DNA of 64,000 nucleotides, from IMG/VR virus record IMGVR_UViG_3300025723_001174, positions 5,331 through 69,330 of that record; one strand, given 5' to 3'. Of the stretch, positions 46,507-55,138 are shown piece after piece (positions within the stretch are counted from its first letter, which is position 1; the number at the start of each line of letters is the position of its first letter). The notes beneath the pieces are model-generated. The model ran no database searches and was not told the DNA's origin. It was given only the letters and a program-made list of their open reading frames with translations. The position numbers and the translations under genes are program-made. This DNA is from a virus (taxonomy: Duplodnaviria > Caudoviricetes).

Positions 46507-47111
46507 TATACTGCTCCACCTGTGGTACCTGTGCCACCTGCACTTGATTGAACTTGATTTCTGTCTGCTTGTTGAGCATCTTTTTCAGCTTGCTCTGCAT
46601 CTTGTTTGGCTTGTAGTTGTTTTAGATTACCTAATGCACCAACAAATGTATCTTTGTTTAATGATATAGGTGACCCTAGTTGTGAACTATCTACTTCAAC
46701 TGAATCTTTGTTACCTGGACCATTAACACTTTTAACTGTAAGGTTACCAGGTATCTTATCTAGACCAAATGCTTTCTTTAAATCTGGTGGAAGGGCTCCT
46801 TGATTTGGAATTCCCATAGCTTTGGTTACTTGATTGATGGGCATGTTAGTAATGCCTTTGGGATTTGATAGGATTTTTGCGCCCTGTGAACCAGCGGCAC
46901 TAATTGATTTTTGCAAAGTACTTGTTGCAGTTTTTGCGGCTTGGCCTGTCGCTTGACCTACTGCTTTAACACCTTGACCCACTGCTTGTGCACCTTTAGC
47001 TAGGCCCTGGCCTACTGCGGCCGCACCTCTTGCTAATCCACCGACTGCGGCTCCAACTGCGGGCAAGAACTCATCGACGCGATCTTCGCTGACTAGCTCG
47101 CTAATACGCAT
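46506..47111 (-). CDS. Ala/Gly-rich virion protein with CTS-like N-terminus (MRISELVSE)
   Basis: ORF track. Confidence 0.75.
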   Translation of the reverse strand: MRISELVSEDRVDEFLPAVGAAVGGLARGAAAVGQGLAKGAQAVGQGVKAVGQATGQAAKTATSTLQKSISAAGSQGAKILSNPKGITNMPINQVTKAMGIPNQGALPPDLKKAFGLDKIPGNLTVKSVNGPGNKDSVEVDSSQLGSPISLNKDTFVGALGNLKQLQAKQDAEQAEKDAQQADRNQVQSSAGGTGTTGGAV

Positions 47112-47348
47112 TTAGTGTGCCTTTGTAATAATAACAGCTAACAAGCTAAGGATACCACAAATAACGGTACCTGCTGTACCGATGAGAATTTTAACCATGC
47201 TGTTGTGGCCAGCTTCTATGGTTGATTGAAGGGTAGTTACTTTACCTTCGATGCTTGTTAAACGTTTGTCTAGTGCATCATATCGTTGAGCGCATAGCTC
47301 GACGTGTGCTTCTAGATTTTCTTTTTCTATTGCTGTAGGGTTTGACAT
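47112..47348 (-). CDS. coiled-coil plus C-terminal TM protein (XhlA/holin-like architecture)
   Basis: LEAHVELCAQRY..L..RL..IE.KV + hydrophobic tail. Confidence 0.65.
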   Translation of the reverse strand: MSNPTAIEKENLEAHVELCAQRYDALDKRLTSIEGKVTTLQSTIEAGHNSMVKILIGTAGTVICGILSLLAVIITKAH

Positions 47349-47391
47349 CCCATTATCTCCTGGAGTTAGTTTTCTCTAATCTAAACTGTGC

Positions 47392-47805
47392 CTAAATGAG
47401 CCTAATGGTGGTGTTTTTGAATTTTTTATCACTGAGGTCAAATACGGACCTATCTGTATTTATTGTCTCTGTGAGATTTTTAATAATTGGAACTCGGTCC
47501 ATAGCAGTTAGTAATAGACCCAACTCATCGTCTTCTGTACTAAAAGCACCATCTCTATCGGGATAAAATCTAAAAGTCCACACCCGATGTTTGCCTTTAT
47601 AATCCGCACCAAACCCTAGACCTTTTATATCTATTTCTTCAAATGTAGGATCGTGATCAAACTCAACTAAGCTTCTTAGCTCAATGCATTGTTTAAGTGT
47701 CACCCAATTTCTATACTGATCTGCTTCTACTGGAGTACCTTGATTAGGACGTCTAACATCAGTGTTAGTAATATCAATCAAAGTCTTCAATTCTATCTGT
47801 GCCAT
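47392..47805 (-). CDS. hypothetical protein
   Basis: SD AGGT; TAAATA upstream. Confidence 0.75.
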   Translation of the reverse strand: MAQIELKTLIDITNTDVRRPNQGTPVEADQYRNWVTLKQCIELRSLVEFDHDPTFEEIDIKGLGFGADYKGKHRVWTFRFYPDRDGAFSTEDDELGLLLTAMDRVPIIKNLTETINTDRSVFDLSDKKFKNTTIRLI

Positions 47806-47844
47806 ATATACCTACTTAATTGTTATAGGTATTTATGGTCAAAA

Positions 47845-47871
47845 AGAAAGGACGTTAAAAAACGTCCTTTC
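47845..47871 (-). terminator. intrinsic terminator
   Basis: GAAAGGACGTT-TTTT-AACGTCCTTTC + TTTT. Confidence 0.8.
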
Positions 47872-47894
47872 GAGTGGTTTAACTTAATTAAAAA

Positions 47895-48335
47895 TTAAGC
47901 GGCCCAAGAAGCGCCTGTGAAACCTGTGTAAGTTGTTGTAGCAACTTGAGCGGCTGTAATACCACCAGCGGCGGCAATAGCGGCTTTCAATGCACCTAGA
48001 CCAGTTGTAACACCAGAACCGTCAACACCGTCACCTTGGTTTAAGGAAGCGGCATCAAAACCGATGATAACTGTTGAGCTTGATGCTGTATCTGTGTTAG
48101 ATGGGTTACCGTACATAATTACGGATCCAACTGTTTCAACTGCACGGATCAATTGCTCAAATGCGCTGTTAACTGTACCAGCACCTGTGCCGAAGTCATA
48201 AGCGGCTGTTAAAGTTTGAACTTTAACAAATACTGGCTGATAGCCACTGAAAAAACTTGATTTACGACCTGTTAGGTTCAATGAAGAACCGATTTCTGCG
48301 GTACCATGTACCTTTGTGATTCCTAATAAAGACAT
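47895..48335 (-). CDS. small Ala/Gly/Thr-rich structural protein (abundant-protein signature)
   Basis: SD AGGAG, biased codons, own terminator. Confidence 0.7.
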   Translation of the reverse strand: MSLLGITKVHGTAEIGSSLNLTGRKSSFFSGYQPVFVKVQTLTAAYDFGTGAGTVNSAFEQLIRAVETVGSVIMYGNPSNTDTASSSTVIIGFDAASLNQGDGVDGSGVTTGLGALKAAIAAAGGITAAQVATTTYTGFTGASWAA

Positions 48336-48434
48336 AATAATTCTCCTATTCTCGTATGTCCTAAAACTCCTACTCTGGAGCTTTGGTATACATATTTACC
48401 AAATATAGGAAAAACCTAAGGAAATGGATCTAAA

Positions 48435-48731
48435 TTAGACCTCTTTTGATGAATCTTCTATGGATTTTAAGGTGCTAGCATCTTCACGTGTTTCGCGTAA
48501 CTTACGTATACCGCGTGTGAATTTGGCAGGATCTGCGCCTTTGATGCTGTTTAGCAAACGGCGTTCTAACTCATAGGCCATCTCTGGTTCAAAGTTTTCG
48601 CGAATTAGCGTTAGAAGATTAATAGCTGAATTAATAACATGTACAGCACGGGATTCGATTACTGCTTCGGTATCTTTCTTAACTGCAATATCGTTAAGTT
48701 CTTCGAGTAAACTACGGGTGTGTCGTTTCAC
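48435..48731 (-). CDS. conserved phage hypothetical protein
   Basis: Start moved to GTG (MKRHTRSLLEEL) behind SD AGGAG; IESRA..VI.SAINL..LI.E.F....A.ELERRL.NSIK..DP.KF.RGI. Confidence 0.75.
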   Translation of the reverse strand: MKRHTRSLLEELNDIAVKKDTEAVIESRAVHVINSAINLLTLIRENFEPEMAYELERRLLNSIKGADPAKFTRGIRKLRETREDASTLKSIEDSSKEV

Positions 48732-48884
48732 AGTGACTCCTATGTATCGCAATATTTATTGTCAATTAAACATAAGTGTAACATAATAATTGACAATTTA
48801 CAAGTTCGGTTTAATCTTGTTGTAATAATACTAATGGTAAATACTGAGTAGACAAAAACTACACATACATACAGGAGTCACAAA

Positions 48885-49070
48885 ATGACAACAATATCAA
48901 TGAAAATGCTTTCTATCCTAGAAAAGCTAGCAGAAATGTTTCCAACACAGAAATATCAAAGCCGTTTGGAACAATATATCAACAGCAAAAACCCAACTAA
49001 CGCGGCCGATGTAGACTACTGGCAACGTCAATACGAAACTGAAGCAAAGTACTGGGGACGTGGACTATGA
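48885..49070 (+). CDS. small protein, DUF3563-like (tentative)
   Basis: LEQYI.SKNP..AADVDYW.RQY; SD AGGAG; TAAATA upstream. Confidence 0.6.
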   Translation: MTTISMKMLSILEKLAEMFPTQKYQSRLEQYINSKNPTNAADVDYWQRQYETEAKYWGRGL

Positions 49071-49186
49071 AATCTATATTAAAGTCTATTTGGACAGTGT
49101 TAGAAGCTGTAGGCCAAGCAAGATATGCCGCACATCTAGCACGTCAAGGCAGAATTGCCGACGCCAAAGCAATCTACGGCGAGTAA
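49067..49186 (+). CDS. small hypothetical protein (39 aa, MKSILKSIWTVLEAVGQARYAAHLARQG...)
   Basis: Manual ORF, ATGA coupling. Confidence 0.6.
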   Translation: MKSILKSIWTVLEAVGQARYAAHLARQGRIADAKAIYGE

Positions 49187-49230
49187 TATCACGCCCTAAG
49201 GCGTAAATACACACACAGGAGGTCTTCTAG

Positions 49231-49647
49231 ATGACTACGAAATTTTCACACGTTAAGGGTTCCGAAGTAGAGTTCAAAGGTGGCGGGCTTCGCGACTTTT
49301 TTCTTTACAAGGATCTGGGCGTGGCAGATGCAACCAACGGGCGAGTACTGGCCCATATTACCAAAGCTAACTTGCCACCAGAGGGTTCGGGCGGTACAGG
49401 CTGGCATATTCACGTAGCTGAGTTCCAAATCGTTTACATGTTAAAGGGTTGGGCTAAGTTCATGTATGAAGACAAAATCCACCTAGTCGAAGCAGGCGAC
49501 TGCGTACAGCAACGTCCGGGCATTGTACACTACTTGTACGACTACAGCCCAGACATGGAATACTTGGAAATCATTACACCAGCTGACTACGGTACAGAGC
49601 CAGCAGAAGGTCCTTGCGCCATACCCGATCCAACTCCTTGGGAGTAA
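49231..49647 (+). CDS. cupin-domain protein
   Basis: GTGWH.H...FQIVYMLKGW..F.YE......L.AGDCV.Q.PGI.H. Confidence 0.88.
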   Translation: MTTKFSHVKGSEVEFKGGGLRDFFLYKDLGVADATNGRVLAHITKANLPPEGSGGTGWHIHVAEFQIVYMLKGWAKFMYEDKIHLVEAGDCVQQRPGIVHYLYDYSPDMEYLEIITPADYGTEPAEGPCAIPDPTPWE

Positions 49648-50226
49648 GTGATGACATTGGTATATATTCACGGTGCCAGTGCCACCAGTGACAGCTTTAA
49701 CTTTATCAGAAGCAAGATAGGTAAAGGTATAGATCTCAATTACGACAGCCGCAACGGGTTCAAAAACAATCTAGCAGAAATGATAGAGCAGTTGAAGGAT
49801 GAAAAAGATATGGCATTTATAGCCCATAGTCTGGGAGGTATATATGCACTCCATATTGCCAATGCCATGCCTGATCAAGTAGTAGGTGCAGTTACTCTAA
49901 GCACACCTTATGGTGGCGCAGAAGTAGCAGAGTATGCCAAATACTTTTTACCATTTAGCCGTCTAATGCGAGATATCGGTCCTAATAGTTGGGCATTTGA
50001 ACAAGCGGATAAGATAAAGATACAACATCCCTGGACTAATATTGTAACTGTAAAAGGTCAAAGTCCATTTATGCTAGCCCATAACGATGGGGTAGTGACT
50101 ATTGCCAGTCAAAAACATCATGAGGATATGGAACTAGTAGAAGTAGACTTTAATCATTATGAAGTTGTTCTAGCAGAACCAGTAGTTAAGATTATTAAAG
50201 AACGAACAAAAAAGTTCAGAAAGTAG
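49648..50226 (+). CDS. alpha/beta hydrolase (lipase/esterase-like)
   Basis: YIHG oxyanion loop, AHSLGG nucleophile elbow, TLSTPYGG, NDGVV, NHY. Confidence 0.88.
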   Translation: MMTLVYIHGASATSDSFNFIRSKIGKGIDLNYDSRNGFKNNLAEMIEQLKDEKDMAFIAHSLGGIYALHIANAMPDQVVGAVTLSTPYGGAEVAEYAKYFLPFSRLMRDIGPNSWAFEQADKIKIQHPWTNIVTVKGQSPFMLAHNDGVVTIASQKHHEDMELVEVDFNHYEVVLAEPVVKIIKERTKKFRK

Positions 50227-50312
50227 TTGTATTTTTGCCGTTAGGCATATATAATAGTACATAGGGAAAAAGAAGTACCTATGAAACACAAACATACACA
50301 CAGGAGAAAAAT

Positions 50313-50540
50313 ATGTTTAATTTTGATTCAATCATCGATACCGTTAGCGGTACACAAAAATCTTTCGTAGAGACTTACGTTACAGATAAAAAAGTCCAAT
50401 CAGAGTTAGTTAAGCTAATCGAAGCTCAAACTAAGTTTGCTAAGACATCTTACAAAAATACATTAGAAGTCACCGAAACAGCCGTTAAGAATTTTAACGA
50501 TTCTGTTAAGGCATTTAGTCCTAAGAAAGCAGGAGTTTAA
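50313..50540 (+). CDS. small helical protein, phasin-like (tentative)
   Basis: Amphipathic helical composition; SD AGGAG. Confidence 0.5.
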   Translation: MFNFDSIIDTVSGTQKSFVETYVTDKKVQSELVKLIEAQTKFAKTSYKNTLEVTETAVKNFNDSVKAFSPKKAGV

Positions 50541-50541
50541 T

Positions 50542-50805
50542 ATGTCCGATCTAACTCCAAAACTACCAGAAGTTAAATTTAACAAGAACGGTTACGAAAT
50601 CCGTACAGATATCTTAGATATGGCCAAGGGCTTAGTTAGCGAAGAATTCCACTCTAAATTTAGAGGTTGGGAAATGTCAGTTCAGCGTGATGAAAAGACA
50701 GGACAAGTTATTACTAAGGTAGATATGCCAGAGTTTCCAGGACTTGAAAAAGTTTTAGAAACAGCAGAGAAGATGTACGCATTTGTAAACGGCGCAAAAA
50801 AATAA
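50542..50805 (+). CDS. conserved phage hypothetical protein
   Basis: KNGYEIRTDIL.MAK...F..WE...P.FP..E.VLETAEKMY.FV. Confidence 0.75.
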   Translation: MSDLTPKLPEVKFNKNGYEIRTDILDMAKGLVSEEFHSKFRGWEMSVQRDEKTGQVITKVDMPEFPGLEKVLETAEKMYAFVNGAKK

Positions 50806-50853
50806 TACATTTGGCGTAGCCTTTTAAGTTTACTATACTATAATCCGTAAAGC

Positions 50854-50879
50854 AAAATACCACCCTAGGGTGGTATTTT
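50854..50879. terminator. bidirectional intrinsic terminator (perfect palindrome AAAATACCACCCTAGGGTGGTATTTT)
   Basis: Lies between convergent transcription units. Confidence 0.85.
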
Positions 50880-50883
50880 CTTA

Positions 50884-50983
50884 TCTGCGGTCACTTCAAG
50901 AATGGCTCCCAGGGCACGACTCCTACTATTCTTGCCCAGCACCCGGGCACACCAAGTAACGCATAGCGTTCCTAAGGTAGGTG
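50884..50983 (-). ncRNA. candidate structured RNA (multi-stem junction) in a 3' UTR
   Basis: GC-rich; stems GTTACTT/AAGTGAC, TGCCCGG/CTGGGCA, AAGAAT/ATTCTT, CGC-TAT-GCG. Confidence 0.4.
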
Positions 50984-52129
50984 TTAGTTTCCTTGTTCAG
51001 GCTCTGGAGCCTTTTCAAGTTTAAATGTAAAGTCATCAAAATTAGTGTTAGGATGACGAGTCAATAATTTGTGTTTGACATCTGCTAGATCGTCAGCTTC
51101 GATACGTGCAGACTTACCAGATGCTTTGTGTGTTACTACCCATGTACCTGGACCATCAGCTTCTTTTTCTGGTTCACTAGCCCAACTTAGTGGATAGGTC
51201 TTTTGTAGGTCAGCTACATCTTTAGCTACATCATAGCCTCTTCCATTTGTGATTTCTTTACTAGCTTCTTTAATTTCTTCAGCTTTAGCAGTCATAGAGT
51301 CACCGATGGCTTTCATCAAGCCTGGGAATAGTTTGCTAAAACGTTCGTCATTCCAATTAGTGTCATGGCGGCGAGTTTGATCAGCATCCACGATTTGACG
51401 TGTCTGCGCATGTAACTGCCATTTGCCTTCTGCCTGTTCTATGTTGGTTTTATCTGTAACTGAAATAACAGGACCGTCCGGAGCATAGTTTTGAAACCAA
51501 CGTAAGCCGGACGATGAACCTGTACAGAAATTGGCTTGATAACCTGCGGAGTTGTTGAATGTATAACAAGCACCATAGTTCATAGGCATAACAACTAGGA
51601 AACGTTGATCGTCTACTAAAACAATTTCTTTACGTTCACGTTTATGTTTTTCAATAACTTCTGCGTCTGCGATCTTTCTTAGTTCGTCTCGATACTCTCG
51701 CATCTGTACAATACTCTGTATCTGCTTGATGCTTTTGAATTTATTAAAGTCTTGAAATTTTGGTGCTAGTTTACCTCTAACACTTAGAGCTTTCCACGCA
51801 CCTAAGGCATCACCGCCTTCACCGTTGATATCTTCGAAGTCAGCTTGTCCATTTATATACAAGCGTGTTAACCATTCATCAAACTTGCCGTCTGTAGAAA
51901 TATTTCCATAGCTTGTATTGGATAATGACTTATCTAATAATTCGCTCCATAATCCTAGTGTCTGTTCGGGAGTAGGTTTAGGACCTAACTTAGCTAAAGC
52001 ATGTTTAGGCAAAGTACCATCATGAGTCATAGCAATATAAATCTGTTTGACAGTTTTAGGATCTTTAATTTTATTGGCAACGTTTGCTTCAGCAACAACG
52101 ATACCTTCAAATATTTGTGTAAGTCTCAT
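50984..52129 (-). CDS. hypothetical virion protein with CTS-like N-terminus (MRLTQIFE)
   Basis: ORF track; contains WCT-like FCTG motif seen in T4-like phage proteins. Confidence 0.75.
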   Translation of the reverse strand: MRLTQIFEGIVVAEANVANKIKDPKTVKQIYIAMTHDGTLPKHALAKLGPKPTPEQTLGLWSELLDKSLSNTSYGNISTDGKFDEWLTRLYINGQADFEDINGEGGDALGAWKALSVRGKLAPKFQDFNKFKSIKQIQSIVQMREYRDELRKIADAEVIEKHKRERKEIVLVDDQRFLVVMPMNYGACYTFNNSAGYQANFCTGSSSGLRWFQNYAPDGPVISVTDKTNIEQAEGKWQLHAQTRQIVDADQTRRHDTNWNDERFSKLFPGLMKAIGDSMTAKAEEIKEASKEITNGRGYDVAKDVADLQKTYPLSWASEPEKEADGPGTWVVTHKASGKSARIEADDLADVKHKLLTRHPNTNFDDFTFKLEKAPEPEQGN

Positions 52130-53013
52130 CCTGAAATTAAACTCCTCTTAAAGAATGCTAATACTGTACCTAATTTTTTTTGGTCGCCGTTAGATAAATC
52201 AGCTAGCAACTTCTTAGGCCCGTCGGACTTGGCTGTGGAATAACCTCCACTGCCATATCTGGAACGAGTAATTTCTCCAGTGTCGTCTGGATAGTAATGT
52301 GCGGCCGCCATTGATACTGCTGAACTCATTGCAGTTTTAATAAAGTCTGGAGTAGATTCTGTTTCCCCTGATTCAATAGTATCTAATGCACGTTCAAGGA
52401 ATTTTAGTTGATTAAGTTTGCGTTCAGCTTTTTCAAAAGCATCATTCTTAATCATAGTAGTGACCATACCTTTAGCATCACCTATTGCAAGGGTAACAGC
52501 CTTGGCCCACAAGGGACGGAATTTTTTCATTAGGGCATCTTGACTCATTTCTGCTTTAGGAGGTGCCATTTGCTTGCGACTATCTTGCTTGTCGCTTGCA
52601 TATTTGTTTTCTGTACCTATCCAGTATGAATAGTTTTCCCATTTGCCGCCTAATTTGCCTTGTAGGAAGTCTAGAACATTTCCGCCCTTGGCATCCTCAA
52701 ATCCTACAGGTTCTTCACCTGTGCTGGCCATTGCGGAATAGTTATTATTTCTAGCACGAATAGCACCTGATCCTTTAGGACCAGTTACTAACACCCAACC
52801 TCTAGGCCAACGTCCTTTAAGATCTGACCAAGAAATCTTTTTAATTTGACTAAAGTCTTGATTGTGACTCAACTTGTCTGTGCTGTGTAGTTTTTTAACT
52901 ACTTGATTAGCGCCAGGATGTTTGCCTATTAGAGATAGAGCAGTACTAGTTTCGTCTAAATCAATAAGAGATTCGCAAAGTTGAGCAAATAATTGATGTG
53001 TTGTCGGTTTCAT
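52126..53013 (-). CDS. hypothetical virion protein
   Basis: TAAATA 5 nt upstream, no SD. Confidence 0.75.
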   Translation of the reverse strand: MKPTTHQLFAQLCESLIDLDETSTALSLIGKHPGANQVVKKLHSTDKLSHNQDFSQIKKISWSDLKGRWPRGWVLVTGPKGSGAIRARNNNYSAMASTGEEPVGFEDAKGGNVLDFLQGKLGGKWENYSYWIGTENKYASDKQDSRKQMAPPKAEMSQDALMKKFRPLWAKAVTLAIGDAKGMVTTMIKNDAFEKAERKLNQLKFLERALDTIESGETESTPDFIKTAMSSAVSMAAAHYYPDDTGEITRSRYGSGGYSTAKSDGPKKLLADLSNGDQKKLGTVLAFFKRSLISG

Positions 53014-53024
53014 AGAAATATTTA

Positions 53025-53840
53025 TCAGTTACCTAGTCTAGGATGGTTTCGTTCATGCCCTAGTTCACGTGTATTACGTGCATCTACGCTATCCTGCTCG
53101 GGCCAACTATAGATATAATCCCCAAATTCGTCACGGACAACAAGCCAACGTATGCCGGCCGCTACGTATTGATGTATATCTGCATCATATCCAGGTATAG
53201 ATTGTGCAAAATCGATGTTTCCATCTCCTAGATCTTCACCGTGACTACGCAACCATCCTGCTACAGCATTAACTTCTTGACGGCTGTTTGGTCCTTGACC
53301 TGCTAGATTAGCGATCATCCAAATATCATCTGTAGGTGTGCTGGTTAAACTGCGGAATAAATGACGACCTAATGTTCGTATACTGCGACTCATGTTGCCG
53401 GGTAAGTTTGCTACCTTATGGAAGTTTGGACGTTGTACTCCACCTACGTCTAAAGCATGTCCTGCTATAGTAGGTAGATTTTGGTTGTCTACACGATGTG
53501 CTACTTGATTATCTTGCTCGGGTTCTGGATATCCAGGATCATCTGGATCTGCTTCTATATCACGCATGCGATTTAACAAATCTCCCATACGTGGATTATA
53601 AGCGCCACCTGCCGCACGTTGAGTGTCTCGCTGACTAGCACGTTGACGAGGGTCTTGTTCTGGATGAGGTTGGTCTTGTTCTGGATGAGGTTCTTCAGGT
53701 TCTTCAGGTCTATGTGCTAACGGCTGATCGTCTGATTGTCCAAATAAATTATCAAAGGCGCTAAAGGGATCATGCTCTTTGTCTTGTGTAGGTTTAGGAT
53801 TGCCCCGTTGATCCTCGGGTTTCTTTTTAGGTTCTGTCAT
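53025..53840 (-). CDS. hypothetical protein with acidic Pro/Gln-rich N-terminus
   Basis: ATGA coupling; short repeat EPHPEQDQPHPEQDP. Confidence 0.75.
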   Translation of the reverse strand: MTEPKKKPEDQRGNPKPTQDKEHDPFSAFDNLFGQSDDQPLAHRPEEPEEPHPEQDQPHPEQDPRQRASQRDTQRAAGGAYNPRMGDLLNRMRDIEADPDDPGYPEPEQDNQVAHRVDNQNLPTIAGHALDVGGVQRPNFHKVANLPGNMSRSIRTLGRHLFRSLTSTPTDDIWMIANLAGQGPNSRQEVNAVAGWLRSHGEDLGDGNIDFAQSIPGYDADIHQYVAAGIRWLVVRDEFGDYIYSWPEQDSVDARNTRELGHERNHPRLGN

Positions 53841-55015
53841 TTCTTTTTAGCCTTTGCTTTACCAGCTTTCATATTAGCTAACCAATGTGCCATACGAGCC
53901 TTTTCACCAGATGAGTGTTTGGCTGTGTTACGTAAACTGCTTACTGATGCTTTTGTATTAACTCCACTACGTTTGGCAAGACCTTTACGTCCAGGATGCT
54001 TGCCATCTGCGAAGTTTTCTTTTAGGTTACTAATATAGTTTTCACCTAGCATGATTAATTCCTGCATCTCTTCAATACTTTCACAATGCCATTTACGTAA
54101 TGACTTGTTAATGCGACTATTTGGATCGTGTGCGGTCTTTGCACTAGTGCGGGACTTCTTCATTCCTTTCATTCTAGCGCAAAAACTTTTACGGCGTTTA
54201 GCGGATTTACTACCTGCTTTAAGTTCGCTGGGTTTTTTAGTAACGGCTGTTTGTAAGTGACTGCCTGGGTGTTCTCTGCGATAACTATCAACACCTTTCT
54301 TATTCAACCCACCATTCTTATTCTTGCCACTTGATTTTTGCCATGCCGCAGATTCTTCTACTTGTTTCTTGATCCAGTTATCCGGAATCAATCTATTGGC
54401 TTTAACAAATTCATCGTGTAATTTTTGGCCTGTAATGTTATGTATCTTACATATCTTCTGCATCATAGCATCGATGTTTTCATAATTCATTTCAGTACCG
54501 GCTTTCTTGGCCTTTAGTAATGCACGTTCTAATGCGGCAACAGCACCCGACTTTTCTTTACCCTTAGCTGTTAGTGGTTCCATCGATCCGGAATACTTAC
54601 CTTCATCTAGGTTGATAGCACGTTCTCTAAAATATTGCGGATGTTGTTTGTTGAAGTTACGCATAATAATACCTGCTATTTCATGCGCTTCATTTTCTAT
54701 AGGACTACCAGTATGTCCGCTTGTAGCATCTAATCTATGTTCTGTGCCTTGTTTGAAATGTACAAGCTCATGTGCTAGAGTGCGGATGATGTCTAACGGA
54801 TGTCGATCTTCGATACCTACATAGATCCTGTTTTCATCATCAACATATTTGCCAAATGTAGGTTGCTGAGCATCCTCAATGTATTTTACTAGTTTTAAAT
54901 CAGGTAATACATTTAATTTTAATTCTTTCATTGCCAAGGGCAGAAAGTCACGCATGATTTTTAAAAAATCATTAGATTCGGATTTATGTTCTACTAGTAA
55001 ATCATTAATTTTCAT
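53837..55015 (-). CDS. modular virion protein with HExxH zincin-like module and basic modules
   Basis: MKINDLLVE; TLAHELVH...E.EA; modules starting after DEG, EES, KEN. Confidence 0.75.
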   Translation of the reverse strand: MKINDLLVEHKSESNDFLKIMRDFLPLAMKELKLNVLPDLKLVKYIEDAQQPTFGKYVDDENRIYVGIEDRHPLDIIRTLAHELVHFKQGTEHRLDATSGHTGSPIENEAHEIAGIIMRNFNKQHPQYFRERAINLDEGKYSGSMEPLTAKGKEKSGAVAALERALLKAKKAGTEMNYENIDAMMQKICKIHNITGQKLHDEFVKANRLIPDNWIKKQVEESAAWQKSSGKNKNGGLNKKGVDSYRREHPGSHLQTAVTKKPSELKAGSKSAKRRKSFCARMKGMKKSRTSAKTAHDPNSRINKSLRKWHCESIEEMQELIMLGENYISNLKENFADGKHPGRKGLAKRSGVNTKASVSSLRNTAKHSSGEKARMAHWLANMKAGKAKAKKK

Positions 55016-55130
55016 ATGGGAGGCCGGCCATACCGCAACCTAGTCTCGATAGCCCGTTATACAGGGCTGTAAGGATTTCTCGGACGATCTGTGCCGTCGT
55101 CGTCAGGATAGACTGGGTATTGGTTTTCAT
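55005..55130 (-). CDS. possible 41-aa protein MKTNTQSILTTTAQIVREILTALYNGLSRLGCGMAGLPYEN
   Basis: Manual ORF coupled to the downstream gene; overlaps a 25-aa ORF in another frame. Confidence 0.45.
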   Translation of the reverse strand: MKTNTQSILTTTAQIVREILTALYNGLSRLGCGMAGLPYEN

Positions 55131-55134
55131 CCAT
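55057..55134 (-). CDS. possible 25-aa acidic peptide MDENQYPVYPDDDGTDRPRNPYSPV
   Basis: ATG 1 nt after TAAATA. Confidence 0.45.
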   Translation of the reverse strand: MDENQYPVYPDDDGTDRPRNPYSPV

Positions 55135-55138
55135 ATAT

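Noticed and set aside
50900-50935. Fluoride riboswitch (GACTCCTAC) or HDV-like ribozyme (GCTGGGCAA) match
   Set aside because: Only short motifs match. The required P1/pseudoknot architecture could not be built, so it is kept as an unassigned RNA.
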